From Eledone cirrhosa (Eukaryota), in contig OZ024744.1 in NCBI GenBank assembly GCA_964016885.1, forward strand, positions 27,590,001 to 27,654,000: 64,000 bases of DNA, read 5' to 3'. A model generated the notes under the pieces. That model made no database searches. It saw nothing but the letters and a program-made list of their open reading frames with translations, and was not told the DNA's origin. Position 1 is the first letter of the stretch, and every line of letters begins with the position of its first letter. Below are positions 63,701-64,000 of this stretch, in pieces. A program made the translations under genes and the position numbers.

Positions 63701-64000
63701 GCTGTTATCACTGTTATTGTCACTGTTGTTGTTGTTGTCGTTGTTATCACTGTTATTGTCATTATTGTTGTTCTCGCTGTTATCACTGGTATTGACACTG
63801 TTGTTGTTGTTGTTCTCGCTGTTATCACTGTTATTGTCACTGTTGTTGTTGTTGTCGTTGTTATCTCTGTTATTGTCATTGTTGTTGTCGCTGTTATAAC
63901 TGTTATTGTCATTGTTGTTGTTGTTGTTGTTGCTGTTATAACTGTTACTGTCATTGTTGTTGTTGTTGTCGCTGTTATCACTGTTATTTTCATTGTTGTT
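36906..64000. repeat. Large satellite, more than 27 kb: (GTT)2-8 GTC GCT GTT ATC/ATA ACT GTT ATT GTC ACT/ATT, monomer about 33-51 bp; runs off the window
   Basis: Directly visible; translates as VVVVAVITVIVT or NNNSDNNSD repeats in different frames. Confidence 0.98.
50235..64000. repeat. Higher-order duplication, offset 8862/8863 bp (about 50235-55137 copied at about 59097-64000)
   Basis: Identical ORF pairs 50553/59415, 51291/60154, 52986/61849, 53228/62091, 53822/62685, 54458/63321 and 54701/63564; the offset changes by 1 at a T11/T12 run. Confidence 0.93.

Noticed and set aside
36901-63993. Very long ORFs (up to 1846 aa) rich in Val/Ile/Thr, Thr, Asn/Asp/Ser, Cys or Leu/Ser
   Set aside because: Stop-free because of the RYY triplet satellite; open on both strands in several frames; no non-repetitive segment.

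Overview
Eukaryotic, repeat-saturated DNA with no recognisable host protein-coding gene. The SINE-like fragments resemble octopus/coleoid cephalopod SINEs as I recall them; this is inference, not a database result. In order: (1) a full-length but disabled Ty3/Gypsy (Mag/K02A2.6-like) LTR retrotransposon on the minus strand at 281-5246, with GGCGC TSD, PBS and PPT; (2) a 21-bp minisatellite (5718-14610) folded into a large inverted repeat whose axis is a (TA)n tract at about 7583; (3) about 9 kb of (TA)n/(TG)n microsatellites interleaved with SINE, MITE and Penelope-like fragments, including a 420-bp tandem repeat carrying a well-formed minimal hammerhead ribozyme with a long extended stem I (retrozyme-like; the most interesting signal); (4) four head-to-tail, same-strand, pseudogenised Tx1/L1-like LINE units at 23447-36905, one of them chimeric; (5) a satellite of more than 27 kb built from GTT-type triplets (36906 to window end) with a near-perfect 8.86-kb higher-order duplication. 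Nearly all long ORFs in the ORF track outside the transposons are translation artefacts of low-complexity repeats.
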